Origin: an uncultured Erysipelotrichaceae bacterium
GTDB taxonomy: Bacteria; Bacillota_I; Bacilli_A; RF39; UBA660
Direction of reading: 5' to 3'
Length of the DNA stretch: 64,000 nucleotides
NCBI GenBank assembly: GCA_902780585.1
Contig: CACZGA010000002.1
Span: 126 to 64,125, forward strand
The position numbers and the translations under genes are program-made. A model generated the notes under the pieces. It was given only the letters and a program-made list of their open reading frames with translations, was not told the origin of the DNA and made no database searches. Of this stretch, positions 1 to 10,790 are shown in pieces. Position 1 is the stretch's first letter. Every line of letters begins with the position of its first letter.

Positions 1-582
1 ACCAAATAATTTTAATTCAACTTCAACATTACCTTTTTCTAATAAACTAGTATCAGCAAGCCAAACTCTAAGTCTATAATTATCATCACCAGATTTAGAT
101 TTCTTAACTGAAGTTAAAATCATACTGCCTAGAGGGGCCCCTAACTCACTTTTTGACTTTAGCCCTTCAAAAGCCTTTGGTTCAAAAACAGCTGTATAAG
201 TTCCACTTTTTTCTTGCTCCAAATAAACTTTTAAATCAGCATTAGTAATAGTAGTTTTGCTAGAAACTATAACTAAAGCAAGCTCATAATCAATAACAGT
301 AGCATTATCCAATTCTGTACAAACAGAAAAATCTAAATATTCTCCATCTTTTAAACTACTTTTCGCAATTGTATCAGTAGTTGGAATAATATTTTCCAAA
401 TATAATCCCGAAGTATTACCAGTATAATTTAAAACTAGATTCCCACCATTTTCTTCATTCTCCATTACTTCTCCTTTTCTATTTGAGAAAGCAATAAAGC
501 CCACAATTACAATAACCAATAATAAACAGCATACCCCTATAGAAACAAGCCAAAAAGAACCAGAAATTTTATTTTTCTCCAT
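1..582 (-). CDS. hypothetical membrane-anchored protein (C-terminus lies beyond window start)
   Basis: Own minus-strand translation. ATG at 582-580 follows a GGTGAT SD. MEKNKISGSFWLVSIGVCCLLLVIVIVGF.. gives one N-terminal TM helix. Frame stays open to base 1, so it is absent from the ORF track. C-terminal half resembles neighbour 592-1182. Confidence 0.6.
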   Translation of the reverse strand, partial: MEKNKISGSFWLVSIGVCCLLLVIVIVGFIAFSNRKGEVMENEENGGNLVLNYTGNTSGLYLENIIPTTDTIAKSSLKDGEYLDFSVCTELDNATVIDYELALVIVSSKTTITNADLKVYLEQEKSGTYTAVFEPKAFEGLKSKSELGAPLGSMILTSVKKSKSGDDNYRLRVWLADTSLLEKGNVEVELKLFG

Positions 583-591
583 CAGAATCAC

Positions 592-1182
592 CTACTTTGC
601 ACGTACATCAATATCTATTTTAAAAGCTTCCGTATCATTTGAAATTCTATAATTATCAGATAACCACATATGTACTTTTATAGTTTCAGAATCATTCCCA
701 GCCAAAACCCCCGTATATAGCACTTTCTTTGTAGTATTACTATTATAATTTGGAAAAGAATGAAAAACAGGAACTGTATTTAAATCAAAACCATTTAAGG
801 GACTATTATCTTCATTAGTTAAATATATTTTTATATAATTATCACTAATTTGCTTATTATCAGTAGGTAACCTAGTACCAAGCACTTCATATTTTACCTT
901 TTTATTAGTAATATTTTTAACTGATAACTCTAAATATCCTTGAACTCCGTCTTCAGTACCTTCTCCATTAAATTTCTTTCCTAAAGCATCCGCAACCGGT
1001 AACTTATTCTCTATTTCAATAATATCTACATCATCATATTTTATAAATAATTGATCTTTAGCAGGAATAGAAGAATTATTATTTTTACGATAATTACTAT
1101 AAATCAAGACAAAAAAAACTACAATCAAAGTAATAGAAATTAAAACTAGCTTATTTGCTCTTTTTGATTGTAAATGCATCAT
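592..1182 (-). CDS. hypothetical membrane-anchored protein
   Basis: 196-aa ORF. N-terminal TM helix (LVLISITLIVVFFVLIY) then a soluble domain. Shares blocks with ORF 1-582 (KVHMWLSD vs LRVWLAD; YLELSV vs YLDFSV). No family recognised. Confidence 0.65.
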   Translation of the reverse strand: MMHLQSKRANKLVLISITLIVVFFVLIYSNYRKNNNSSIPAKDQLFIKYDDVDIIEIENKLPVADALGKKFNGEGTEDGVQGYLELSVKNITNKKVKYEVLGTRLPTDNKQISDNYIKIYLTNEDNSPLNGFDLNTVPVFHSFPNYNSNTTKKVLYTGVLAGNDSETIKVHMWLSDNYRISNDTEAFKIDIDVRAK

Positions 1183-1223
1183 ATTTCCTCCAACCCTTTA
1201 TTATCTTTAAGATACCATATTTT

Positions 1224-1976
1224 CTATTTCAAGTCAAACAAACAAACCGCATTTTTACTAGTAATAGAATCAACTTCATTAACAGAAACACCAAGTATTT
1301 CCGCAATCCTATTCGCAATAATTGGAATATACTTAGAAGAATTCACACTTCCTCTAAATGGCGTAGGTGTTAAGTATGGAGCATCCGTTTCTAAAATAAT
1401 AGAATCAAGACCAATATTTTCTACCACTTTATATAAATTACTATTTTTAAATGTTACTACTCCACCTATCCCAATCTTATAACCCATAGAAATATAAATT
1501 TTAGCAGTTTCAATACTACCACTAAAACAATGGATATCACCTATAACATTAGGATATTGCTTTAAAATTGCAATAGTATCCTCCGTAGCATCTCTACTAT
1601 GTATAACTACAGGCAAGTGGTACTTTTCAGCCAAAACCATTTGTTTGTGGAACAATTTTTTCTGTAGTTCAGCATTTTCCTTACCATAGTGATAATCTAA
1701 CCCTATCTCACCAATTCCTACAACATCATTATTCCGGATTTGCTCTTCTAATAAATCAAAATCACTATCAGTTATTAAATCAGCCTCACTTGGATGATAA
1801 CCAATAGTAATATAAACATTAGGATATTTAGAAGATATTTCTAATGATTCAACAATAGAATCCTTTGTACAGCCAGAAATAATAATTTTTTCAACACCAC
1901 TATTAATAGCTTCATTAATAATTAAATCTATATCATCATAATCTTCCCTAGATATATGGCAATGTGTATCAATCAT
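1224..1976 (-). CDS. tatD: TatD-family metal-dependent hydrolase/DNase (YabD-like)
   Basis: Motifs MIDTHCHI, GEIGLDYHY, VVIHSRDA, ILETDAPYL. Start moved from ORF-track 2045 to ATG 1976 (GAGGGTGA SD just upstream), which removes the overlap with metG. Confidence 0.88.
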   Translation of the reverse strand: MIDTHCHISREDYDDIDLIINEAINSGVEKIIISGCTKDSIVESLEISSKYPNVYITIGYHPSEADLITDSDFDLLEEQIRNNDVVGIGEIGLDYHYGKENAELQKKLFHKQMVLAEKYHLPVVIHSRDATEDTIAILKQYPNVIGDIHCFSGSIETAKIYISMGYKIGIGGVVTFKNSNLYKVVENIGLDSIILETDAPYLTPTPFRGSVNSSKYIPIIANRIAEILGVSVNEVDSITSKNAVCLFDLK

Positions 1977-2025
1977 ATAATCACCCTCAAAAAAAGTATA
2001 CCACAAAAAAGAATAAGATTTACTC

Positions 2026-3552
2026 TTATTCTTTTGGTACTTCAATTCTCATAAACAAAGGAGTAGGTTTTCCTAACTCATAATGATTAGAAGAACTATA
2101 TACAAAATCCTTACAACTTGTATTTATTTGTTTTAACATTGATTCACTAGTATCAGGCAAGAATGCCTCTAAAAATACAGCACTTACTCTAATAGCTTCT
2201 AATAAATGATATAGAACAGTCTCTAATCTATCTTTTAAAGACTCATCTTTTGCTAAAATCCAAGGAGTAGTATCATCAATATACTTATTACTAGCTCTTA
2301 GTAAGTTAAATATTTCTGAAATAGCATCACTAATTTGTAATGAATCCATCTTTTCAGTAACTTTCTTTTCTAAATCATTAATATTTTGCAAAAACTCTTT
2401 ATCTACTTCATCAGTAACATTTTTATCCTGAATATGCCCTTCAAAATACTTATTACCCATAGAAATAGTTCTTTGAACTAAATTACCTAAAACATTAGCT
2501 AAATCCCCATTAATTCTCTCAATTAATAAATCTCTAGTAAATACTCCATCACTTGCAAATGGTATCTCATGTAAGAAATAATAACGAACAGCATCTACAC
2601 CAAATTCTTCTACCAAATCATCAGCATAAATTACATTACCACGAGATTTACTCATCTTACCATCACTCATAATTAACCAAGGATGACCAAACACTTGTTT
2701 AGGAAGAGGTACATCCAAACTCATTAAAAAGCAAGGCCAATAAATTGTATGAAAACGAATAATGTCTTTACCAATTAAATGCAAGTCACATGGCCATCTA
2801 TAAGCAAACTCCTCTGAAGAATTACCTACATCATAACCTATATTAGTAATATAGTTAGTTAATGCATCAAGCCAAACATATACAACATGCTTTTCATCAA
2901 AATCAACTGGAATTCCCCACTTAAATGAAGTACGAGAAACACATAAATCTTGTAACCCTGGCTTAATAAAATTATTAATCATTTCATTTTTACGTGAAAC
3001 TGGTTGAATAAAATCAGGATGAGACTCAATATATTCCTCTAACTTATCTTGATATTTACTTAGTTTAAAGAAATAAGCCTCTTCACATTTTTCTTCAACA
3101 TCTCTTCCACAGTCAGGACACTTACCATCAACTAACTGAGAATCAGTCCAGAATGATTCACAAGGAGTACAATATGAACCTTTATATTCACCTTTATAAA
3201 TATCTCCTTTATCATACATATATTTAAAAATATGTTGTACAACCTCTTCATGTTTTTTATCAGTAGTACGAACAAAGCGATCATAGCTTGTATTCATAAT
3301 ATCCCAAATACGTTTAATTTCAGCAGCTTTTTCATCAACAAACTCTTGTGGATTAACTCCCGCTTCTTTTGCCTTTAACTCAATTTTCTCCCCATGTTCA
3401 TCAGTACCAGTTTGAAAATAAACGTCATAACCCATCATACGTTTAAATCTCGCAATAGCATCAGCTAAGACAATCTCATAAGTATTTCCTATATGTGGTT
3501 TCCCTGAAGTATATGCTATAGCAGTAGAAATATAATATTTTTTCTTTTCCAT
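2026..3552 (-). CDS. metG: methionine--tRNA ligase (short form, no C-terminal tRNA-binding domain)
   Basis: 508 aa. Class-I motifs KPHIGNTYE (HIGH-type) and KMSKS, plus a CPDCG zinc knuckle. T-box leader lies upstream. Confidence 0.95.
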   Translation of the reverse strand: MEKKKYYISTAIAYTSGKPHIGNTYEIVLADAIARFKRMMGYDVYFQTGTDEHGEKIELKAKEAGVNPQEFVDEKAAEIKRIWDIMNTSYDRFVRTTDKKHEEVVQHIFKYMYDKGDIYKGEYKGSYCTPCESFWTDSQLVDGKCPDCGRDVEEKCEEAYFFKLSKYQDKLEEYIESHPDFIQPVSRKNEMINNFIKPGLQDLCVSRTSFKWGIPVDFDEKHVVYVWLDALTNYITNIGYDVGNSSEEFAYRWPCDLHLIGKDIIRFHTIYWPCFLMSLDVPLPKQVFGHPWLIMSDGKMSKSRGNVIYADDLVEEFGVDAVRYYFLHEIPFASDGVFTRDLLIERINGDLANVLGNLVQRTISMGNKYFEGHIQDKNVTDEVDKEFLQNINDLEKKVTEKMDSLQISDAISEIFNLLRASNKYIDDTTPWILAKDESLKDRLETVLYHLLEAIRVSAVFLEAFLPDTSESMLKQINTSCKDFVYSSSNHYELGKPTPLFMRIEVPKE

Positions 3553-3555
3553 TTA

Positions 3556-3793
3556 ATCATCTCCCCAAAAAAAATTATTATAAACATAAGGACGAACAAT
3601 CGCGGTACCACCTTATTTTATAATAATTAATATTATACACTCAAATAGTTAACGCCTATATACGTTTATACCTACATATCGATATAAAAGTTCAGAAGCC
3701 ATACAGAATAAATTGTTTATACTTCCTTTCACCTAACGAAGTTCTCTAATAATAAACGACATCATTCCGCTCTTCATCACAACATTTAAATAC
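3556..3793 (-). promoter_or_regulatory. T-box leader (tRNA-sensing riboswitch) of metG
   Basis: Minus strand reads AAGGTGGTACCGCG (plus 3601-3614), matching the T-box core GGUGGUACCGCG. A hairpin and a U8 tract follow, ahead of the metG SD. Upstream there are AGAGA and GGTGAAAG stem-I-like elements and a candidate AUG specifier (..CUGUAUGGC..). A TTGCAT-17-TATTAT promoter sits at 3828-3800. Confidence 0.75.
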
Positions 3794-3830
3794 CAACCTA
3801 TAATAACATAATAAAATAAAATATGCAATA

Positions 3831-4484
3831 TTAATCAAAATCATTTAATAATCTAGAATTCTTCAAAGTAAATAAATACCTATCTCCTTGTTCTTTTACA
3901 CTATTCATCAAAGTAGTATCCTTTACCAAAAACTTAATATCAAATGAATCCATTACTTGTTTTAAATACTGTTTCTTTAAAAACTTAGTAATTTCCTCTA
4001 TAAAAGAATCAACATTATTATTATCAGCATTAGTAGAAATAATCTTATTAATATCTTTCAATAATTTATTATCAATAGATAAAACAACCTGTTCTTTTAA
4101 TGATTTCTTTATTTTTTTATTTAAAGAATTAAAATCTTTTTTATAAAAAACTATAGTATCATCATCCTTAAATTTATCTACAATATCTGAAAAATAATCT
4201 ATTCTCATCTTCTTTATTTTTTCACAGCAAGTAACAATATTCTTTCTATAACTATCAAGCATATTATCTAACTTACTAGCATCTAAAACAAACTTATACT
4301 TTTTAGCAAAACTAATCATTTTATTCTTAACAATATCCATTGAATCTAATGGAGGCTTACTAAATAAAGGAATTAAATCATCATTTACTAAAGCATTAGT
4401 ATTATTTTGAATTGTCTCAATAAGAGCTTTTTTATAATTATTTACATGTTGATTTTTAATATCTAATAAAGTTTTTTCATCCAT
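3831..4484 (-). CDS. hypothetical protein (Lys/Asp/Asn-rich, predicted helical)
   Basis: 217-aa ORF, co-oriented between mfd and the metG leader. No family recognised. Confidence 0.6.
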   Translation of the reverse strand: MDEKTLLDIKNQHVNNYKKALIETIQNNTNALVNDDLIPLFSKPPLDSMDIVKNKMISFAKKYKFVLDASKLDNMLDSYRKNIVTCCEKIKKMRIDYFSDIVDKFKDDDTIVFYKKDFNSLNKKIKKSLKEQVVLSIDNKLLKDINKIISTNADNNNVDSFIEEITKFLKKQYLKQVMDSFDIKFLVKDTTLMNSVKEQGDRYLFTLKNSRLLNDFD

Positions 4485-4528
4485 AATAACTATCTCCTAG
4501 TATCCTAAATGTAACAATCTAAAGTGCT

Positions 4529-7500
4529 TTAGTCAATAGACTTTCCAAATTTTGTATCAATTTTATCCAATAAATCTACTAAATAAAATATAGGATGTTT
4601 CTCTAATTTAATTATGTCTAAGACAATAACTAAATTAGTCCCTCTACTAATAAACCTAAACATATTAGAAACTTGAAAAGCATCCATAAATAATTCTTCG
4701 GTATCCATTTTTTCCACAACCTCCGCAGGGAAAACCAACTCAATAGAATTTCTATTTTGATGAACATTAGATAATTTTAAGCGACTAACTAATTTTTCAA
4801 ACCATTCTTCGTACATATAAATAGTCATATCTTCATTTATCTTACCAAACCTATCTTCTAATTCCTGCTTAACAGCTAAGAAACTTTCTTTATTATCAAT
4901 ACTATTAATTAATTTATGAATTTCTATCTTTAAGTCATCTTCACTTACATAACTATCTTCAATGTGTGTAGATACATTAATAACTGGTTTAGCATTAGAC
5001 TCTTCATCATTATCTTCAGCTTCTTTAACTTCCTTACCTTGAAGCCTAATAACCTCTTCTTCCAATATCTTTAAATATAAGTCAATACCAACACTATCAA
5101 TAAAACCAGCTTGCTCACTACCAAGTAAATCACCTGCTCCACGGATAGATAAATCTCTAGTCGCAATAGAAAAACCACTACCTAATTCAGTAAACTCCTT
5201 AATAACATTTAATCTCTTGATAGCCGTCTCAGTAAGGTTTTTAAAAGGTTGATACATTAAATAAGCATAAGCAAACTTATCACTTCTACCAACTCTTCCT
5301 CTAATCTGATACAACTGACTAAGCCCAAATCTATCCGCATCCATAATAATTAAAGTATTAACATTAGGAATATCAATACCAGTTTCAATAATTGTAGTAC
5401 ATATTAATATATCAAAACGATAATTAATAAAATCATAAATAGTTTTTTCAAGATCACTTTTATTAAGTTGACCATGAGCAATTCCAATACGAGCTGATGG
5501 AATTAAAGATTGGATTTTAGCTGAAAATTCATTAATAGATTGAACTCTATTATATAAGATATAGACTTGACCACTTCTAGATAACTCCTTATAAATAGCA
5601 TCTCTTAATATTTGTTTATTTTCTTCCACAACATAAGTTTGAATAGGATAACGATTAACTGGCGGAGTTTCAATTAAAGATAAACTTCTAATACCAACTA
5701 AAGACATCTGTAATGTACGAGGAATTGGAGTTGCGGTTAAAGTAAGTACATCTACATTAGTTTTATATTGTTTAATTTTTTCTTTATGAGAAACACCAAA
5801 TCTCTGTTCTTCATCAACAATTAACAAACCCAAATCTTTTACTTTAACATCATCACTTAAAAGACGATGTGTACCAATAACCATATCAATAGTACCATCC
5901 TTCAAACCAGAAAGAATCCTATTAACTTCTTTAGGGGAAGTAAAACGATTAAGTATACCAATATTAACAGGAAAATTTTTAAATCTTTCCAAAGCGTTTT
6001 CATAATGCTGATTAGATAAAATAGTAGTAGGACATAAAAATAATACTTGTTTAGAATCTAAAATTGCTTTAAAAGCCGCTACAAAAGCCACTTCTGTTTT
6101 ACCAAAACCAACATCACCACATAGTAGCCTATCCATAGGTGTAGGAGATTCCATATCTACTTTAATCTGTGAAATAGCTCTTTTTTGATCAACTGTTAAA
6201 TCATAAGGAAAATCATTTTCAAAATCAATACTTAAATCACAATCTTTAGAAAAAGCAAATCCTTTTTTCATTTCACGTTCAGCATATAAACGAATCAATT
6301 GATTAGCCATATCGGTAACTTTAGTACGAACTCTAGCTTTAGTCTTTTGCCATTCCACTCCACCAAGCTTATTAATTTTAGGCGCAACACCCTCTCTACC
6401 AGAATATTTACTTAACAAATCTATTTTTTCCACAGGAACATAAATCTTATCAGTTCCTTGATATAAAACCTCTAAATAATCTTTTTCTACTCCACTAGTA
6501 GAAAGAGTCTTAATACCATTATAAACACCAATACCATGAACATTATGTACTACATAATCACCAACTTCTAATTTATTAACATCATGTAATGAAGTAGCAT
6601 ACTTATATTTAGTACCATATGATTTCTTTTTAATTTGATTTTTAAACAATTCATTTGCTGTTAAAACAACATAGTTTGAATAAATAAATCCTTGATTTAA
6701 ATCTCCCTCAACAATATTAACTTTATTAAGTAAAATATTAGAAAAAGTAGTTTCCACAACACCCATATTTAAATTTTTTAAAAGACTACGAATATGGTGT
6801 TTTTTAACCACAATAATAATAATTTTACCATTTCGAATTTGAGTATTAATAAAATTATTAATTTTTTCAACATCTTCATAAAAAGGTGTTATAGATTTAA
6901 CATTTAAATCTACCATGGAAGAAACAAAATCAAAATGAGTCATATTAGAAAAAGAAAAATAATACATTGGATAAAGAACATTTAATTCATTAAAATCAAA
7001 CATATAATTTTTATCAAAAGAAACATCTTTCTCTTCTCTATAAGTAAGAACCTCATTCATTATATTTACATAACTAAGTTTTAACTGATCATAATCTTTA
7101 AAAAAAGTAATAACATTTCCCATATAATCAGTAATATTAGATACACTCTCATATAAAGGTAAATATTTTTGTTTACCATAATGTTCTTCACTAACATCTT
7201 TATTTGTCAAAAATTCAAAAAAAGGTTTTATACAAATAGATTGAACAGTTGAAATAGATTTCTGAGTATCAGAATCAAAATAACGAATAGATTCTATTTC
7301 ATCATCAAAAAACTCAATACGTATAGGATTATCCTCATCAATAGGAAATATATCAACAACAAACCCACGTACCCCAAACTCTCCAGTTTTATTAACATAA
7401 GTATCTCGATAATAACCAGAAGATACTAATAAACTTACTAACTTGGAAGGCGCAATAGTGTCCCCAACATTTAATTTTAGAATAAACTTTTCATAATCAA

Positions 7501-7855
7501 CACGTTTAGGCAAAAATCTTAAATACCCCATTAAATTAGTAATAACAATTTTTTTATTATTTAAAACTAATTGATTCAAAGTTTCTAATCGCGTAATCAT
7601 CAAATCTGGTGACATTGCTAAAGCCTCACTAGTAAGAAAATCATCCATAGGAAACAATAAAACATCAGAATTATAATTAGCCAAAGAATTATATAACATA
7701 TTAGCTTCATACAAAGAATTAACAACAACTAATATATTATTAGAAGTAGAAAGATATAAATGATTTAAAGACAAACAAAAAAATTCATCGGTTAAATTAT
7801 ATATACCCATGTCTTTCTTTGGTTTTAAATCAATTAAATCTTTAAAAAAATTCAT
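4529..7855 (-). CDS. mfd: transcription-repair coupling factor
   Basis: 1108 aa. Walker A GDVGFGKTEVA, DEEQRFG box, superfamily-2 translocase C-terminal half. pth-mfd synteny. Confidence 0.96.
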   Translation of the reverse strand: MNFFKDLIDLKPKKDMGIYNLTDEFFCLSLNHLYLSTSNNILVVVNSLYEANMLYNSLANYNSDVLLFPMDDFLTSEALAMSPDLMITRLETLNQLVLNNKKIVITNLMGYLRFLPKRVDYEKFILKLNVGDTIAPSKLVSLLVSSGYYRDTYVNKTGEFGVRGFVVDIFPIDEDNPIRIEFFDDEIESIRYFDSDTQKSISTVQSICIKPFFEFLTNKDVSEEHYGKQKYLPLYESVSNITDYMGNVITFFKDYDQLKLSYVNIMNEVLTYREEKDVSFDKNYMFDFNELNVLYPMYYFSFSNMTHFDFVSSMVDLNVKSITPFYEDVEKINNFINTQIRNGKIIIIVVKKHHIRSLLKNLNMGVVETTFSNILLNKVNIVEGDLNQGFIYSNYVVLTANELFKNQIKKKSYGTKYKYATSLHDVNKLEVGDYVVHNVHGIGVYNGIKTLSTSGVEKDYLEVLYQGTDKIYVPVEKIDLLSKYSGREGVAPKINKLGGVEWQKTKARVRTKVTDMANQLIRLYAEREMKKGFAFSKDCDLSIDFENDFPYDLTVDQKRAISQIKVDMESPTPMDRLLCGDVGFGKTEVAFVAAFKAILDSKQVLFLCPTTILSNQHYENALERFKNFPVNIGILNRFTSPKEVNRILSGLKDGTIDMVIGTHRLLSDDVKVKDLGLLIVDEEQRFGVSHKEKIKQYKTNVDVLTLTATPIPRTLQMSLVGIRSLSLIETPPVNRYPIQTYVVEENKQILRDAIYKELSRSGQVYILYNRVQSINEFSAKIQSLIPSARIGIAHGQLNKSDLEKTIYDFINYRFDILICTTIIETGIDIPNVNTLIIMDADRFGLSQLYQIRGRVGRSDKFAYAYLMYQPFKNLTETAIKRLNVIKEFTELGSGFSIATRDLSIRGAGDLLGSEQAGFIDSVGIDLYLKILEEEVIRLQGKEVKEAEDNDEESNAKPVINVSTHIEDSYVSEDDLKIEIHKLINSIDNKESFLAVKQELEDRFGKINEDMTIYMYEEWFEKLVSRLKLSNVHQNRNSIELVFPAEVVEKMDTEELFMDAFQVSNMFRFISRGTNLVIVLDIIKLEKHPIFYLVDLLDKIDTKFGKSID

Positions 7856-7859
7856 AATA

Positions 7860-8429
7860 TCACCTATTCTTCCGATTATATTTGCTCATAAGATCAGAAA
7901 AAGGAAGAATAAAATAATCATCCAATACAGCAGATATAGTATCATACAAAGAATTTAAAGTATCTAATTCAGTCTTAGAAAAATTACCTAAAACATAATC
8001 TTTTGTATCAATATCATTATTCTTAGAAATCCCAACTTTTAATCTCTTGTAATTTGAAGAATGTAAATGTTCTTCTATGCTTTTTAAACCATTATGTCCC
8101 CCACTAGAACCATTAGCTTTTAATTTAAAAACACCTATATTTAAATCTAAATCATCAGAAATAATTAATATATCATCTATACTAATCTGATAATAATCAA
8201 CAATCTTACGAACAGAAATACCACTAAGATTCATAAAAGTAGTAGGTTTTAAGAAAATAACTTTATCATTATTAATATCAGTAATCAAATACTCTCCATC
8301 AAACTTCTTAGACCATTTTAAATCAATTTTTTTCTTGTTTAAATAATAATCAACAACGTTAAATCCAATATTATGGCGTGTATTATGATACTCTTTACCA
8401 GGATTTCCCAATCCAACAACTAATTTCAT
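7860..8429 (-). CDS. pth: peptidyl-tRNA hydrolase
   Basis: MKLVVGLGNPGKEYHNTRHNIGF signature; 189 aa. Confidence 0.95.
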   Translation of the reverse strand: MKLVVGLGNPGKEYHNTRHNIGFNVVDYYLNKKKIDLKWSKKFDGEYLITDINNDKVIFLKPTTFMNLSGISVRKIVDYYQISIDDILIISDDLDLNIGVFKLKANGSSGGHNGLKSIEEHLHSSNYKRLKVGISKNNDIDTKDYVLGNFSKTELDTLNSLYDTISAVLDDYFILPFSDLMSKYNRKNR

Positions 8430-8433
8430 ACTC

Positions 8434-9273
8434 TCACTTCCTTTTATGATACTCTTGATAAATAACAGACTTAGCTACATTTCTTTCTTTAGCAACTATT
8501 TTTATGGCCTCTTTTTCACTAATACCATCGTCTAAATAAACTTTTACATGTTCAAGAACATCAAGATTACTATAATCAACAACCTCTTTATTCCCTTCTA
8601 TAACAATCACAAACTCTCCCTTTAATGAATCAACAAGAGGAATAATATTTTCTATACTATCACGAATAATCTCTTCATGTATCTTTGATAATTCTCGACA
8701 TAAAGAGATATTACGATTACCAAAAACATCTAGCATACTAATTAAAGTACTTTTTAATCTATGAACTGATTCATAAAAAATCAAAGTATAAGGAAAAGCT
8801 TTTAATTTTTTTAATTCTTCAATTTGTTTGCTACCCCGATTATGTAAAAATCCATAGAATAAAAAGGGTGAAGGTTCTAAACCAGAAACCGTTAAAGCCG
8901 GTACAAAAGCTGTCGCACCTGGTAATGAAACAACAGAATAACCATTTTCAATTAAATGTCTAGAAACAAAAAATCCAGGATCACTTATAATAGGGGTCCC
9001 TTGATCAGTAACTAAACCAACATTTTTACCTTCTTTTAAATAACTAATAACTGTATCAGCAATTTTATTTTCATTATACTCATGACAACTAACCAACTTA
9101 GTATGAATATCATAATTTGCAAGTAAAATACCCGTATTTCTAGTATCCTCACAAAGTAAAATATCTACCATTTTTAAACAATTTAATGAGCGAATTGTAA
9201 TATCTTCTAAATTACCAATAGGCGTAGGTATCAAATATAAACAAGGCTTGCCATCATAACTTTTTTGTATCAC
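8434..9273 (-). CDS. rsmI: 16S rRNA (cytidine1402-2'-O)-methyltransferase
   Basis: LYLIPTPIGNLEDIT, CEDTR, ISDPG and IFYES motifs of the RsmI/YabC tetrapyrrole-methylase fold. Confidence 0.9.
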   Translation of the reverse strand: MIQKSYDGKPCLYLIPTPIGNLEDITIRSLNCLKMVDILLCEDTRNTGILLANYDIHTKLVSCHEYNENKIADTVISYLKEGKNVGLVTDQGTPIISDPGFFVSRHLIENGYSVVSLPGATAFVPALTVSGLEPSPFLFYGFLHNRGSKQIEELKKLKAFPYTLIFYESVHRLKSTLISMLDVFGNRNISLCRELSKIHEEIIRDSIENIIPLVDSLKGEFVIVIEGNKEVVDYSNLDVLEHVKVYLDDGISEKEAIKIVAKERNVAKSVIYQEYHKRK

Positions 9274-9998
9274 ATTATTACCTCCCTCTGTAACCTATCA
9301 TATTCAGCAGTCATTTTACCATCTAATTCATACTGAATTAGTGGCTTATCAACAATTAAACCTGGTTTACCACACTTTTGAGCTTCAATATACACCAAAA
9401 AAGAAGGTTTTTCAACAGTTTCATGTACAAATTTAATTCTTTTAACCTCGAGATTATACTTTTTAAGTATTTGAATAATTTCAATTAATCGTTCACTTCT
9501 ATGAACAAGACAAAAATTACCATTATCTTTCAAAATCTTTTTTGCACAATCACATAATTCATCTAAATTTAAATATAACTCATGCCTAGCAATAGTTTTT
9601 TCGTCATTTTTATTAAAGGTAGATAACTCCTGAACCTTAAAATAAGGTGGATTACACAATAACAAATCAAATTCATTTAAATGATTTCTTGAAAAATTTT
9701 TAACATCATCACAAACTATAGAAATCCGATCTTCCAAATGATTATACTTAATAGATTTTGTTGCTAAAGAAGCAATTTTTTCTTGTATTTCCACTCCAAC
9801 AATATCTTTATTACACCTTCTAGAAATAATAATTGGAACTACACCATTACCAGTACAAAAATCTACAATTCTTTTATCTCTTAAACGAATTGTAGAATAA
9901 TTAGCCAATATAATACTATCTAAAGAAAAAGAAAAATAATCAGAATTTTGATATATTTTTAAATCTTTATAACCCAAAACATCATCTAATCTTTCCAT
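9270..9998 (-). CDS. SAM-dependent N6-adenine methyltransferase, YabB/TrmN6-like (tRNA m6A37 type)
   Basis: Motif I DFCTGNG and motif IV CNPPYF. Sits upstream of rsmI, as Bacillus yabB does. Confidence 0.75.
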   Translation of the reverse strand: MERLDDVLGYKDLKIYQNSDYFSFSLDSIILANYSTIRLRDKRIVDFCTGNGVVPIIISRRCNKDIVGVEIQEKIASLATKSIKYNHLEDRISIVCDDVKNFSRNHLNEFDLLLCNPPYFKVQELSTFNKNDEKTIARHELYLNLDELCDCAKKILKDNGNFCLVHRSERLIEIIQILKKYNLEVKRIKFVHETVEKPSFLVYIEAQKCGKPGLIVDKPLIQYELDGKMTAEYDRLQREVIM

Positions 9999-10786
9999 TA
10001 TTTTTCATCCTTTGAAAACGTCACAATACCTTTTTCCTTTAAATCAACAGAATAAGTTTTCTTAAATATATCAACAGAAACAACTTTACCCATTCCCATT
10101 GAAGTATCAGCAACCAATCCAATTTTAGGTAAATCTTTTTTTAATTCAGTATAAGTATCATTTTCATAACCTAAACAACATAACAATCTACCACAAATAC
10201 CATTAATTTTAGAAGGATTAAGTGCCAACATCTGATTCTTAGCCATATTAATAGAAACACTATTAAAATCTGTTAAGAACGAATTACAACACAAAAATAA
10301 TCCACAAGGTCCTAATCCACCAATTTTTTTGGCTTTATCACGTACTCCAACTTGTCTAAGTTCAATTCTAGTTTTATATTTAGAAGCTAATTTTTTAGCT
10401 AATTCTCTAAAATCCACTCTATCTTCCGCTAAAAATGAAAAAACTAATTGTGAACGATCAAAATAGTAATATGCATCTACAAAATTCATATTCAAATTTA
10501 ATGAAGAACTTATTTTTTTAGCATCAGCTAAAGCTTTTTCAGCAATAATATTATTATCTTTTAATGTTTTATTGTCCTCTTTATTTACTAAACGTAAAAC
10601 TTTAAATAAAGGCATAGCTAGATTCTTATTATTTTCTTGATATTTTTCTTTTCGTACAGAACCAACCAATAAACCATTATCTGTCTCAAAAACAACATTA
10701 TCCCCAACCTTTAAATCAATATCTCCTGGAGATAAATAATATAAATTTTTAGTAACTTCAGAACTAACAACAACAACATCCACCAT
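9998..10786 (-). CDS. ricT: PSP1-domain protein RicT/YaaT
   Basis: Cys-rich PSP1 C-terminal blocks GLGPCGLFLCCNSFL and CGRLLCCLGYE. Start moved to ATG 10786 (GGGAGG SD); the ORF-track start 10828 would overlap holB. Confidence 0.85.
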   Translation of the reverse strand: MVDVVVVSSEVTKNLYYLSPGDIDLKVGDNVVFETDNGLLVGSVRKEKYQENNKNLAMPLFKVLRLVNKEDNKTLKDNNIIAEKALADAKKISSSLNLNMNFVDAYYYFDRSQLVFSFLAEDRVDFRELAKKLASKYKTRIELRQVGVRDKAKKIGGLGPCGLFLCCNSFLTDFNSVSINMAKNQMLALNPSKINGICGRLLCCLGYENDTYTELKKDLPKIGLVADTSMGMGKVVSVDIFKKTYSVDLKEKGIVTFSKDEK

Positions 10787-10790
10787 GTTA

